A stretch of 64,000 bases of DNA from Octopus sinensis (taxonomy: Eukaryota). The stretch is from contig NC_043011.1 in NCBI RefSeq assembly GCF_006345805.1, positions 48,124,464-48,188,463 on the forward strand. Reading direction: 5' to 3'. Both the position numbers and the translations under genes were made by a program. The notes under the pieces were generated by a model that saw only the letters and a list, made by a program, of their open reading frames with translations, did not search any database and was not told where the DNA came from. Positions 25,901 through 39,384 of this stretch are shown here, piece after piece. Within the stretch, counting starts at the first letter, position 1. Every line of letters starts with the position of its first letter.

Positions 25901-26911
25901 AATGGCTTATAAACATCTTCCATGCTGCAATTGTTAATAAATAATAATTATTTATATATGCTAACCAAGCGTTTTAGGCTGTCCAGTATTAAAAAATATT
26001 AGTGTATCAGACAAAATATAAGTGAGAACTGTAATCAATGTAATTGATATTTGCTCATGTTGTACATTTGTAGTCTTGTGTTTATGTGAGGAATCATGCA
26101 CTCATCCAATGTCTGGGCATTACTGACCAGTGTGTATATATCTTTTGCTGGTACATATAGGCAAAGGATGTAAACATTGGGGACAAAACTGAAAACCTAG
26201 TGCTCTTGCACTGCAACAAGTTACATATGCAGGTACAGTCATGGCTGTGTGATAAGAAGTTTGCTTCTCAACCACATAGTTCAGTCCCAATGTGTGGAAT
26301 CTTGGGCAAGTGTCTTCTTCTATAACCTTGGCCTATCCAAATCACAATGAGTGGATTTGGTAAACAGAAACTGAAAAAAGCCCATTGTATCAGACAAAAT
26401 ATAAGTGAGAACTGTAATCAGTGTAACTGATATTTGCTCCTGTTGTACATTTGTAGTCTTGTGTTTATGTGAGGAATCATGCACTCATCCAATGTCTGGG
26501 CATTACTGACCAGTGGAGTTTTGTCAAACAGCTGTTGACGTATGTAAGATGGATCTGGTTATCAGCTGAGTCTATCATGAAGATCACTTCACCGACTACT
26601 TTTGTCCAGGAAGGAAAGGCATTTTTCCTCTGTCTGAAGCAAATGAACACTGGGGTAGATATGATCAACTACTCCACTCCCCACAAAATCTAGGCCTTGT
26701 GCCTATAGTGGAAAGGATTATTATTATTATTATTATTATTATTATGATGATGAGGACGAGGAGGATGAAAATGGTTGGGGATGGACCAAATTGTAAGAGT
26801 GTCTGTTGAAATGCCTTCTTGTATGCCTTCTGAAGTCAAATTCTGCTAAGGCCAAATTTGCATGTACCATGGTTGATGGTATCAATCATTTCTCCCTGAT
26901 ATATATATTCT

Positions 26912-27340
26912 TTTACTCTCTTTTACTCTTTTACTTGTTTCAGTCATTTGACTGTGGCCATGCTGGAGCACTGCCTTTAATCGAGCAACTTGACCCTGGG
27001 ACTTATTCTTTGTAAGCCCAGTACTTATTCTATCGGTCTCTTTTGCTGAACTGCTAAGTGACGGGGACATAAACACACCAGCATCGGTTGTCAAGCAATG
27101 CTAGGGGGACAAATACAGACACACAAACATACACGCACACACACACAAACACATATATATATATATACAAATATACGACAGGCTTCTTTCAGTTTCCATC
27201 TACAAAATCCACTCACAAGGCTTTGGTCGGCCCGAGGCTATAGTAGAAGACACTTGCCCAAGGTGCCACGCAGTGGGACTGAACCCGAAACCATGTGGTT
27301 GGTAAGCAAGTTACTTACCACACAGCCACTCCTGTGCCTA
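26912..27340 (-). mobile_element. SINE-A, full length
   Basis: Complete minus-strand copy. Confidence 0.85.
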
Positions 27341-28031
27341 TGACTAGCTTTGTGCCAAAATCAGAAACCATTATTATTATTTGCCTCACAATATAGTACC
27401 ACAACAGAATCAATAGAGCATCATACTAAATACCAAATAGTATTTAGTTTTATCCAATTATATTCTAAGTTAAAATCCTGCTTCAGTCGACATTAGCTTT
27501 TAAACCCCTCGAGTTGATAAAAATAAGTATTGGTGATTAATTAGAGTTAACTATTGCTTGCAAACTGGCTGTCCGTTATTCCTGTATAAGGAATTATTAT
27601 TTATAGATATGGTATTATAACAGAATCTTTTTCTCATGTGATAATGAAATGCCATCAATCAGAAGTACATCTAAAGTTGTTTTCCCTTGAGATTTACAGT
27701 GAAATGTAGTAATATCGACGACTTATCATGCAACTTTGTGCCAAACTTCGAAGTTTATTACCAGAGAAAATTTTTATAGAGTTTTCAAGCAAATGTCAAT
27801 TTCTGGGATATGTGAATATCCCGGAGACAATCATAGGGGAACATTCTAGATATTTGCTTTCCTAGATTTACAATGACAAGAGGCAAAATTAAAACCAAAC
27901 TTATAGTTTGCGCTTAATAATTCCTTTACTGATTGATTGACTGACAGAAAGATATTCTCAGACTGTTGTTTGGAGAGTTGGTATCGGCTGGAATCTGATA
28001 ATGAATAAATCACTGTCTCTCCCTGTCTGTT

Positions 28032-28442
28032 ACTCACTTTTACTCTTTCACTTGTTTCAGTCATTTGACTGTGGCCGTGCTGGAGCACCGTCTTTTAGTT
28101 GAGCAAATTGACCCCAGGAATTATTCTTTGTAAACCTAGTACTTATTCTATTGCTCTCCTTCACCAAACCGCTAAGTTACGGGGACGTAAACACACCAAC
28201 ATTGGGGGACAAACACAGACACACAAACATATACACACTCAGACATATACATATATATATTATATACATATACATACATACGACGGGCTTCTTTAAGTTT
28301 CCGTCTACCAAATCCACTCACAAGGCTTTGGCCGGCCCGAGGCTATAGTAGAAGACACTGGCCCAAGGTGCCAAGCAGTGGGACTGAACCCAGAACCATG
28401 TGGTTGGTAAGCAAGCTACTTACCACACAGCCACTCCTACGC
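28032..28442 (-). mobile_element. SINE-A, full length
   Basis: Complete minus-strand copy. Confidence 0.85.
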
Positions 28443-28650
28443 ATTTTTGGTAAGCAATTACTTCAGATTCATTCAGTCACAGTAACGAGGTGGGGAGAAC
28501 ACTAGCTAAATAAAGGGCAGCAGTTAGTCTTCATCTGATAATGTTCCAAGTTTGTATTAAAATCATTCGGTCAACAGCATAAAGTTTTGCTTTCTTCCCT
28601 TGTGTAATGAAAATGTGGGTGTTAAAGTAAGTCACTGAAATTATATATGT

Positions 28651-28832
28651 GAGGTGCAGGAGTGGCTGTGTGGTAAGTAGCTTGCTTACCAACCACATGA
28701 TTCCGGGTTCAGTCCCACTGCGTGGCATCTTGGGCAAGTGTCTTCTATTATAGCTTCGGGCCAACCAAAGCCTTGTGAGTGGATTTAGTAGATGGGAACT
28801 GGAAGAAGCCTGTCATATATATGTATATATAA

Positions 28833-28863
<31 letters not shown>

Positions 28864-29026
28864 ATATGTTTGTGTGTCTGTGTTTGTTCCCCCAACATCA
28901 ACCCCAGAGCTTATTCTTTGTAAGCCTAGTACTTATTCTATCGGTCTGTTTTGCTGAACCGCTAAATGACGGGGACATAAACACACCAGCATCGGTTGTC
29001 AAGCGATGGTAGGGGGACAAACACAA

Positions 29027-29035
<9 letters not shown>
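28651..29035. mobile_element. Rearranged SINE-A (5' half plus strand, 3' half inverted)
   Basis: Orientation switches at about 28900 (ccccaacatc|aaccccagagcttattc). Confidence 0.7.
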
Positions 29036-29071
<36 letters not shown>

Positions 29072-30181
29072 CATATATATTTACCCTTTAATATGGGTGT
29101 CCCTTCTGAAGAAAATTTGATTCTTATCCCGCAAATGCAACAAACGGTCAAAATAAAGAGTGACCCTAGAAAACTAGACACACTCCTTTATAATGTAAGT
29201 GCAGTAAAAAGGACATGGTTGATGAATAGGGAAAAGAGAGAGAGAGGTAAGTCCAGACAAGATCCTTGGACCTCATTCTATAATGATGAATTACAAAAAC
29301 CTCAGGGCAAAGAGTGTGATTTAACGATCCAGCTGCTAGAGTACTGAGCTAAATAGAACATTGCATTATTGATTAACTTTGATCCATTTAACTACATTTA
29401 GGGCTTAAAACCATAGAAGTGTTGACTTTATAGCTATCATCACCTCGCTGACAATATATCGGCAGTCTTTCATCTTATTGACCAATATAGTTAACTCTTT
29501 TCAGCTCAATCTATACTTAGCCTTATATAATAGCGGTTGTTTACCAAACAAAAGATATTGATTTGATCGAGACTAAACTTGATCTACAAGTATCGTAGTC
29601 AAAAGATATACCTCAGTCACTGTCTTATGTTCCTGTACGCTTACTGGGATAAAGCAACTCCATTAGCCATTAAAATAATGGGCCAGAATTTTTCATTCAA
29701 GACTTAAGTTTCTATTTCAGTCTGAATTTTTACTTTGAAATTAGATATTAATAAAACTTTATTATTATCGTTGTCGTCATTGCCACCACCATCACCATCA
29801 TCATCATCATCATCTTCTTCTTCTTTGTTCTCATCATCATTATTAGTTGTATTACAAGATAGTTTGAAAGAGACACTTATAATCCAAGCTTGAAATCAAA
29901 AAAAAAAAAAATATATATAAACAAGATGTCGATAAAATCAATAAAACATTTCAATAGGGAATGGATCAGAAGTGACCAGATCATAAATGAATGATGAAAG
30001 ACTTCGATAAATAATAACAAAAAGGAGGATAATGACAACACACGCCGTCGTAATACAAACAAATTGACGTGGATTATGTGAGATATAAATATATGCTAAT
30101 TTAAAGGGACAATGTATTTATCATACTCTCTCTGTCTCTTATGTATCTGTGCATGTATGAGTGTGTATATCTATATACATA

Positions 30182-30578
30182 CTAGCAGTATTGCCCGGCG
30201 TTGCTCGGGTTTGTAAGGGAAATAACTATGTAAGCATTTTTAGAGAGTTATAGCCAAAAAATAGCAAAAAAATGCATTAAAAATGGAAAAGAAATGATGG
30301 TAAATTTTTTTTTAAATCGTTGACTCATCGTAGACATTTTTAGAGAGTTACTTCCCTTATATAATAGCGAAAAATGCATTAAAATGGAAAAAAATTATGG
30401 TAAATTTTTTTTAAAAGTGTAGACTCATCATAGACGTGTGGTAATACCCAGAAGGGCTTAATATGAATCACGACAATAAGATACCCGTTTTTGGTTAAAC
30501 TGCACCGCAAAATGTGGGAGTAGTTAGGAATCTAAATCGTAGGAGACAGACACACAACTTCTCTTTTAAATATAAAGA
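30182..30578 (-). mobile_element. Non-autonomous Helitron (second copy)
   Basis: Minus strand starts TC and ends hairpin plus CTAG, at an A|T site; homologous to 2881-3224. Confidence 0.85.
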
Positions 30579-30592
30579 TATATATACTCTCT

Positions 30593-31505
30593 ATTACTCT
30601 TTTACTTGCTGGAGCAAATAGACCCCGGGACTTATTCTTTGTAAGCCCAGTACTTATTCTATCAGTCTCTTTTGCTGAACCGCTAAGTTATGGGGACATA
30701 AACACACCAACATCGGTTGTCAAGCGATGTTGGAGTGGGGGGGAACAAACACAGACACACAAACATATACACACACATACATATATATGCATATGTACGA
30801 CAGGCTTCTTTCAGTTTCTGTCTACCAAATCCACTCACAAGGCTCTGATTGACCCGAGGCTATAGTAGAAGGCACATGCCCAAGGTGCCATGCAGTGGGA
30901 CTGAACCCAGAACCATGTGGCTGGTAAGCAAGCTACTTACCACACAGCCACTCCTGCACCTATATATATATTCTTTTATTTTCTACTTGTTTCAGTCATT
31001 TGACTGTGGCCATGCTGGAGCACTACCTTTTTAGTTGAAGAAATCGACCCCTAGACTTACTCTTTGTAAGCCTTGTACTTATTTTATTGGTCTTCTTTGC
31101 TGAACCGTTAGGTTATGGGGACGTAAACAGACCAACATCAGTTGTCAAGCAATGGTAGGGGTGGGGGCAGACACAGATACACACACACATAAGCCCAGTA
31201 CTTATTTTATCGGTCTCTTTTGCCGAACCGCTATGTGACAGGGACGTAAACACACCAGCATCGGTTGTCAAGCAATGCTAGGGGGACAAACACAGACACA
31301 CAAACATATACACACACACTTATATATATATACATATATACGACAGGCTTCTTTCTGTTTCCGTCTACCAAATCCACTCACAAGACATTGGTCGGCCCGG
31401 GGCTATAGCAGAAGACACTTGCCCAAGATGCCACGCAGTGGGACTGAACCCGGAACCATGTGGTTGGTTAGCAAGCTACTTACCACACAGCCACTCCTGC
31501 GCCTA
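30593..31505 (-). mobile_element. Cluster of two SINE-A copies, the second with a duplicated 3' segment
   Basis: Repeated agcccagtacttatt...aacacaccagcatcggttgtcaagc blocks. Confidence 0.75.
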
Positions 31506-31945
31506 TGGATGTATGGGGTGTAAGTGTACATTTTCTTCTGTTGTAGTATATGATATTGTTGGCATTATTGTCTAGGTAAGGGTAACTGACATTCACATTG
31601 TGTGTATTGAAAGATTATAGTGGATGTGTGTGTTTTGGAAGTATTATGTAATTAAGGATGGAAAATTCCCACATATGTTTGAGAAGTGTAGATTAAATGG
31701 AGAATTAAGCTAGATTATTCTTTTCTTAACTTTTATTGGGAGTGTGGGATTGTCCATATATATTAATTTCTCATTAACCACTCATATCTATAATCAGAAA
31801 TTTAATAGCTGATATTAGAAATCTCCAAATCTATTGTTTTTGATTAACATATTTTTGATAGAACTGCAACTCTTTAGAATGTGGCATTGGTGTGTAATGA
31901 CAGAAAGAGGAAAACTAACAAACCCCTTCTCACAAAAATCTTGGC
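31505..31945 (-). mobile_element. Penelope-like retroelement fragment (RT C-terminus to linker)
   Basis: Across frameshifts: EISNIS, SG.NEKLIYMD, KKRII*LNSPFNLH..N..G.F.SLIT.YF, NTHNVNVSY; matches the PLE motifs RISNLS, RNIIWFNPPF, KIFN.NTVKISYSC. Confidence 0.7.
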
Positions 31946-31955
31946 ACACAACATT

Positions 31956-31999
<44 letters not shown>

Positions 32000-32032
<33 letters not shown>

Positions 32033-32077
32033 ATACATATATATATACATATATATACATATAATATATACATATAT

Positions 32078-32149
<72 letters not shown>

Positions 32150-32173
32150 ATATACATATATACATATACATAT

Positions 32174-32248
<75 letters not shown>

Positions 32249-32380
32249 ATATATCTATACATATATTTATATCTATATATCTATATCTATACACTATTAT
32301 CTATACATATATCTATATCTATATCATATCTATATCTATATATATATATATAATATATATATATATTATATATATATCTC
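32000..32380. repeat. (TA)n microsatellite block
   Basis: Direct reading. Confidence 0.95.
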
Positions 32381-33258
32381 TCTATGAACACTTACATCAA
32401 TGCTAAACAGTGACTGCTAAGCTTACATACCATAAATTAACCTCTTTATCATTCTATTAACAGTCTGACCTTTGCTTGAACTAAGAAAAATAATGGAGGG
32501 AAAGATAAATAATAATAGCTATAATTTTAAAAATCTTTTATAAATGACGTATTGTTTTTGCTAATAGTAGTATTAATAATCATTAAAATATAATATTAAG
32601 AATAATAAAATACAGAATTAATTATAAAAATTCTTTCTGGTTTTTGATGATTAGAAACAAAATAAATATGGATATAAAAAATATATAATTTACCAAGTTA
32701 ATTATACAACATTTTGAAGTAGTAACAACATACTTTTGTCTGCATCATTTGTTTATTTATTTTCACTTTTTATCCTGCTTTCTGAGATGAAATATTTTGT
32801 TTTTCCTTTTGATTTTTTTTTTTTGGAAGTTGGGAGGATGAAGAGAAGGAGGTTCTTTCTTTGCTACTCACAATGTTAGTAGAGTAGCAAAGTGAAATTT
32901 TATTTCATTCTAATGTAGGTGGGTGGACTAGCTTAAGAACCAACATCACCATCATCACCACCACTGTCTCCTCCTCCTCTTCTTTCTCTTGATCTTCATG
33001 CTCCTTCTCTTGTTCAAACCCCCTCGTCTTTATCATCACCCCCACATCTCTCTCATCTTTTTCTTCTTCTTCTTCCTCCCCATCCTCCTCTCCCTCACCA
33101 TCTTCTTCTTCTTCCTCTTCCGCATCTCTCCCATCTTCATCTTATTCCTCTTCCTCACCTTCCCCTTCCTCCACTTCCTCTCCCCCCTCATCATTTTTCT
33201 TCTTGGACACATTTGTTTTCAGCACTTTGCATTATTTTACTGCATGCGCGTGCGCAAA

Positions 33259-33303
<45 letters not shown>

Positions 33304-33329
33304 GTGTGTGTGTGTATGTATGTATGTGT

Positions 33330-33665
33330 GAAAGTGCATGGCTCCGTGGTTAGATCATCGAGCTTACGATTGTGAGGTTGTGAGTTTGAATCCTGGACCG
33401 GGCTGCGTGTTGTGTTCTTGAGCAAGACACTTTATTTCACGTTGCTCGAGTTCACTCAGCTGTAGAAATGAGCTGCGACATCACAGATGCCAAGCTGTAT
33501 CGCCCCCTTTGCCTTTCCCTTGGATAACACTGGTGGCGTGGAGAGGGGAGGCCGGTATGGAGGGGTGACTGCTGGCCCTCCATAAACAAAATTGCCCGGA
33601 CTTGTGCCTGAGAGGGTAACTTTCTAGGTGCAATCCATTGGTCACTCATGACCGAAGGGGGTTTC
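33330..33665 (+). mobile_element. tRNA-headed SINE (SINE-D2)
   Basis: Head tggctccgtgg...gagtttgaatcc; central cttgagcaagacactttatttcacgttgctc; second copy on minus strand at 36040-36380. Confidence 0.75.
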
Positions 33666-34106
33666 AGCATATGTATTTATATATGTATATGAGTGTGTGT
33701 GTTTGTGTGTGTGTGTATGTCTGTGTGTGTGTATTCCTCTCGTATCCAATCCTGTAAACATTGAACTGCAGGTGTCAAGATTGTTCATAGGGTTCACCAA
33801 TTTCCCCAACGCTGTGTGCAACTTTTAAACTTTTACACTTAAAAGAGTCAGAGAAAAAGGGCAAGTGATCATGATTCTGGCAGGTTCTTCTGTATTAATG
33901 AAATTTTTGCAGATGATTTTCAATGAACATCCATAGATGTTATCAACTGGAAATAACGTGTTTGGGGAAGGACTATGAGAGGGTCACACCCTGAGCAGAA
34001 ATGAATGAAGGACGTGCTTAGTGTGGAGTTAGAGTGTGGTGTCATTAAAGTGATAGGAAAAGGAAAGATGGATGGATAAGTCTATATTTCGAAAAAGAAA
34101 TTGTCC

Positions 34107-34147
<41 letters not shown>

Positions 34148-34149
34148 CA

Positions 34150-34182
<33 letters not shown>

Positions 34183-34417
34183 CACACACACATATATATC
34201 ATCATCATCATCATCATCATTTAGCGTCTGTCTTCCATGCTAGCATGGGTTGGACGGTTCTACTGGGGTCTGTGAAGCCAGAAGGCTTCATCAGGCCCAG
34301 TCAAATCTGGCAGTGTTTCTACGGCTGGATGCCCTTCCTAACGCCAACCACTCCGTGAGTGTAGTGGGTGCTTTTTACATGCCACCCACACATATATATC
34401 TATGTATATATGTATAG

Positions 34418-35041
34418 GTAGTCAAGCATGACCTCAGAGCGTTGGGCCTCACAGAGGCAATGACGAAGGACCGAGATCTCTGGAGATATGCTGTGACTGC
34501 AAAGACCCGGGCTGCTTTCTGCACCAGTTCCGCATAGCTCCTGCCCATTCAAAGTACCTTGGATTTCAGAACAACCCGGTGTGCTTGAGGAGACCTATTG
34601 AGTCAAGTACATGAACATCGAAATAGATATCAATGGAAACAGTAGTTGTGATACCTGTGCCGGTGGCACATAAAAAGCACCATCCAAACGTGGCTGATGT
34701 CAGCGCCGCCTCGACTGGCCTCTGTGCCGGTGGCACGTAAAAAGCACTATCCGAACGTGGTCGATGCCAGCGCCGCCTTGACTGGCTTCTGTGCCGGTGG
34801 CACGTTAAAAGCACCAACCGATGGTGGCCGCTGCCAGACTCCCATGGCACCTGTGCTGGTGGCACATAAAAAGCATCCACTACACTCGCGGAGTCGTTGG
34901 CACTAGGAAGGGCATCCAGCTGTAGAAACACTGCCAGACCAGACTGGAGCCTGGTGCAGCCTCCTGGCTTCCTAGACCCCAGTCGAACTGTCCAACCTGT
35001 GCTAGCACGGAAAACGGACGATAAACAATGATGATGATGAT
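34418..35041 (+). mobile_element. RTE-clade LINE 3' end: ORF C-terminus, repeat-containing 3' UTR, (GAT)n tail
   Basis: 34418-34537 reads VVKHDLRALGLTEAMTKDRDLWRYAVTAKTRAAFCTSSA*, an RTE-type terminus; followed by about four 55-60 bp units and the shared tail. Confidence 0.8.
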
Positions 35042-35064
35042 ATATATATGTATATGTAGATCTT

Positions 35065-35385
35065 GTGCAAGTATCTTCTACTTTAGCTTTGGGCCGTCCA
35101 AAGCCTTGTGAGTAGATTTGGTAGACAGAAACTGAAAGAAGCCCGTCTTATATATATATGCGTGTGTGTGTGTGTGTGTGTTTACATGTCTGTTTGCTCC
35201 CCCAAATCACTTAACAACCGATGCTGGTGTGTCTCCGTCCCCGTAACTTAGCAGTTTGGCAAAAGAGACTGATAGAATAAGTACTAGGCTTACAAAGAAT
35301 AAGTCCTTGGGTCAATTTCCTCGACTAAAGCTCCAGCATGGTCACAGTCAAATGACTGAAACAAGTAAAAGAGTGAAAGAGAGTA
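35065..35385 (+). mobile_element. SINE-A, 5'-truncated
   Basis: Body and tail match. Confidence 0.8.
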
Positions 35386-36039
35386 TGCACAGTTATTCGC
35401 AAACACACATATACACCTACACACACATACACATACACACACACATATACATTTATGAATGAGGTGAGTGTGGTGGCTCATACAGGGAACCAATCAGCAA
35501 AACACGATGAATGAAATATATAAAATAAAACAGCGGGTGTAACAGCATAGAACTGTCTACGAGTCTACATGGATTCCAGATCTTACCATAAATGAAAATA
35601 CATTTTCATATATGTATGTTTATTTATATATAAAAAAAAAAAAAAAAATTCCCAGCAATATAATATAATTCAGAAAATGTTTCGCTAATATACATTTCCA
35701 AAACTGATTTGCCAGAAATGACACATATTATGAGATGGATGTAAGATTACATTAGCTTATACATACAATGTATACTTTTAAAAATTTTTATTAACAGTAT
35801 TTGTGTCAATAACACTGAAAATCAAATGTCCTGGCTGAATACAGAGAGATTAATTTTACTTTCCAAGTAAGCTGCAGATAGCATAATAACTACAACTACT
35901 GCTGTGTTGATGATTATAATGATGATGATGAAGATGATGATGATAAAGGAGAGCAATATTGGATAAATCATGATGGATGATGAGTTTTGTATTTCATAAC
36001 ATTGTGATCGTGATATGAAAGTAATGAAAAATAAGCTTT

Positions 36040-36380
36040 AGTAGAAATGTCCTGACAAAGGCTTAAAGACCCTCCTTTGGTCATGAATGACCACCAGATT
36101 GTACCTAGAAAGTTACCTTCCAAGGCACAAGTCTGGGCAAGGTTGTTTATGGAAGACCAGCAGTCGTTCATGCATACCAGCCTCCCCTCTTCGTGCCACT
36201 GATGTTATCCAAAGGCAAAGACCAGTACAGTTTGGTACACAAGTGACATTGCAACTCATTTCTGCGGTTGATTGAACTGGACCAACATGAAATAAAGTGT
36301 CTTGTCCAAGAAGACAACACACATCTTGGTCTGGAAATCGAACTCACTACCTCATGATTGGGAGTCTGAGCAATGGCTCT
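36040..36380 (-). mobile_element. SINE-D2 (older copy)
   Basis: Reverse complement aligns with 33330-33665. Confidence 0.7.
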
Positions 36381-36549
36381 GAACAAAAACAAATTTCCTT
36401 CTTTCACTTCTAGCATCCAAATTTTAAAACTTAATAATATATAGGCACAGGAGTGGCTGTGTGGTAAGTTGCTTGCTTACCAATTATGTATTATAAGCAG
36501 CTTGCATGGCAAAACTATACTCAGCATATGAAAGCAGTGCATCAGTTAT

Positions 36550-36800
36550 AGAGAAGAAAATGACCCTCTGGTGTTGGTGCCATGTAAAAAGCACCAATGC
36601 TGGTGCCATATAACAAAAAGAAAAAAAACTCACCCTATACACTCTATAAAGTAGTTGGTGTTAGGAAGGGCATCCTGCTGTAGAAACCATGCCAAACCGA
36701 ACTGTGGAGCCTGGTGCAGCTCTCCGGCACACCAGCTCCTGTCAAACTGTCCAACACATGCTATAGCATGGAAGATGGGCATTAAGTGATGATGATGAAG
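36550..36800 (+). mobile_element. RTE LINE 3' end
   Basis: ggtgttaggaagggcatcctgctgtagaaacc...gcatggaagatgggcattaagtgatgatg. Confidence 0.65.
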
Positions 36801-36896
36801 ATGATGGTTGTGGTGGTGATGGTAGTGATGACGACGAAGGTGATGATGGTAGTGGTGTGGTTATGATGGTGATAGTAAGTACTAGTAGTAGTGGTG

Positions 36897-36946
<50 letters not shown>

Positions 36947-37279
36947 GGTGGTGGTGGTAGTAGTAGTAGTAGTAGGAGGAGGAGGAGGTAGAGGAGATAA
37001 TAATTATTATTATTATCATTATAGATGTTGCAGAGTATACAATATCATGAAGTTGTTGATTGAAGATATTGTGTCTACGGGGGGGGGGGGGTTCGTATTG
37101 TTTGTCAAGTCACAACAAGGATCTCAGACAGACATATTTACAAACAAATATATTTGTAAATGAACGGAAATTTATAATAAATGATAACGAAATCCTCAAA
37201 ATTAAAATAGAACAATTTAAATAAAACTCTGAAAATAAAACAAAAAAAAAATCAATAAAAGAAAACCCAATGTAAACTA

Positions 37280-37680
37280 ATGGAATTCAGTTTTTAGCAG
37301 AAACCATAACATGGCAAATGCATAATTCTTCAAAGGTTATAACAAACAAAACAGAGATGGTAGCAAACCCAATAATTGAACCCTCAAAACACAATGAAAG
37401 TTCTACTGAACCCATTACGACAGGAAACAACCAAGGCATTGAAATGAATCAAAAATAGATACAAAAAGCATGGAACTAAAGCCTAAAATGATATTGAAAA
37501 AACCATAGGAGTTCTTATAGAAACATTCAACTAATTATAAATAGCCATAACAATAATATATCATTGACACTCACACTTAATAACAAACAATAAAAAACAA
37601 ACATCTTGGTATATCAACCACCACTGAGAAGAACTTAACTGAAACAGTAAAGAAAATAGATGAGAACGATTAAAATCAAT
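37280..37680 (+). mobile_element. Possible decayed LINE AP-endonuclease relic
   Basis: Fragments IQFLAET, FFKGYNKQNRD, NILVYQPP resemble APE motifs (TETW, GY...RDR, VYRPP); multiple frameshifts. Confidence 0.3.
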
Positions 37681-37707
37681 GAGTGTGGTTGAATGTTAAG
37701 ATCTCTT

Positions 37708-38120
37708 TTACTTTTTACTTGTTCAGTCATTTGACTGTGGCCATGCTGGAGCACCGCCTTTAGTCGAGCAAATCAACTCCAGGACTTATTATTTGTAAGC
37801 CTAGTACTTATACTATCGGTCTCTTTTGCTGAACAGCTAAGCTAAGTGACGGGGACATAAACACACCAGCATCGGTTGTCAAGCGATGTTGGGGGGACAA
37901 ACACAGACACACAAACATATACACACAAACACACACATATATATATATACATATATACAACGGGCTTCTTTCAGTTTCCATCTACCAAATCCACCCACAA
38001 GGCTTTGGTCGGTCCGAGGCTATAGTAGAAGACACTTGCCCAAGGTGCCACGCAGTGGGACTGAACCCGGAACCATGTGGTTGGTAAGCAAGCTACTTAC
38101 CACACAGCCACTCCTACGCC
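37708..38120 (-). mobile_element. SINE-A, full length
   Basis: Complete minus-strand copy. Confidence 0.85.
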
Positions 38121-39384
38121 TGATAAATAATAATAATAATAAGAAGAAGAATTTAAGCAAAGGGTCACTATTTAAGGGAAATGCTTGCTACAATGCCCTT
38201 ATCTTGCTATTCAATTTTATACCAGTTTTATTGATCTGAAAAGGATTAATAATGATAGTAACAGTTATTTCTAATTTAGACAGAAGGTCAGAAATTTCGA
38301 GGATAAATAGTAGATACCATTGACTCTGGTATTTGAATGGAACTTATTTTCTTGATTGCAGGATGGAAGGCAAATGTCATCTCAGTGGGAAATGAGCGCA
38401 AAAGGCAGAGTCAATCACTGCAAGGCATTTTTGCCTGATGCTATAATGATTTGTCAATCCACTGTAAAAAAAAAATTACCACAATGACAAAATGAGGAAA
38501 ACAAATATTTGATAATATTGAAGGTGAGTGACTTGCTATCTATTCAGATTACTAACAGCGAAACATCACTTCTGAGATAAAAGTTGTTCTATCGTAATTG
38601 GAATGTTGAGAGATTTTTCAGATTATATGAAATGGAAACCAGTTTAGTGTTATTAATTGTGACATGGATGCACAATTTCAGGAACAAACTAGACAGAATG
38701 ATTCATGATGAAGAGACAGAAAAATAAAGAAAGAGAAAATACTCCCTTTCCTCCATGACCATCACTTGGTGAAAAAAACCTCCAAAACAAGAAATGGGGA
38801 AAAAAAAATGTGAGAGAGAGAGAGAGAAAAAATTCCATTCTAAGAGGCTTTAGGGAAGTTTTTTTTCCAAGATCAGGATAAAAATAAAAGTTAATAAAAT
38901 AAAATTTTAGTCAAGAGTTAATTGGATAAAGAAAATGAAACCAAAACTTACACTGAAAATCTGAAAATCTAGTTTTCGAGCATGTGTGAGATTTCAGGAA
39001 TCGTAATAGTGCCAGATAAAGCGTATAGAGTCATGGGTGTCTGGGTTCTGATTTAAATTTTGATGCAGATTGATTTTGCATTTCACCCGACTGGTTCAGG
39101 AATATAAAGTACCAACCAAAAATTGTGGTTCATTTAATCAATTAAACCGCTCTATAAAATATTCCAGGCATTGGTTTCAAATTTTGACACAAGGCCAGCC
39201 ATTTCGAGAGGAGGGGGAGCTAAGTCAATTACATCAACCCCAGTCATTGACTGACTGGTTTATCAACTTCAAAAGGATGATAGGTCAAGTCGTTCTAAGT
39301 AGAATTTGAACTTAGAAAGTCAAGACAAATGAAATGCTGCTTTGCATTTTGCCTGGCATGCTAATGAGTCTGCCAACAGTACTC

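Noticed and set aside
32860-32893. 11-bp perfect inverted repeat ctttgctactc/gagtagcaaag
   Set aside because: Stem too short for a miRNA precursor; compatible with chance.
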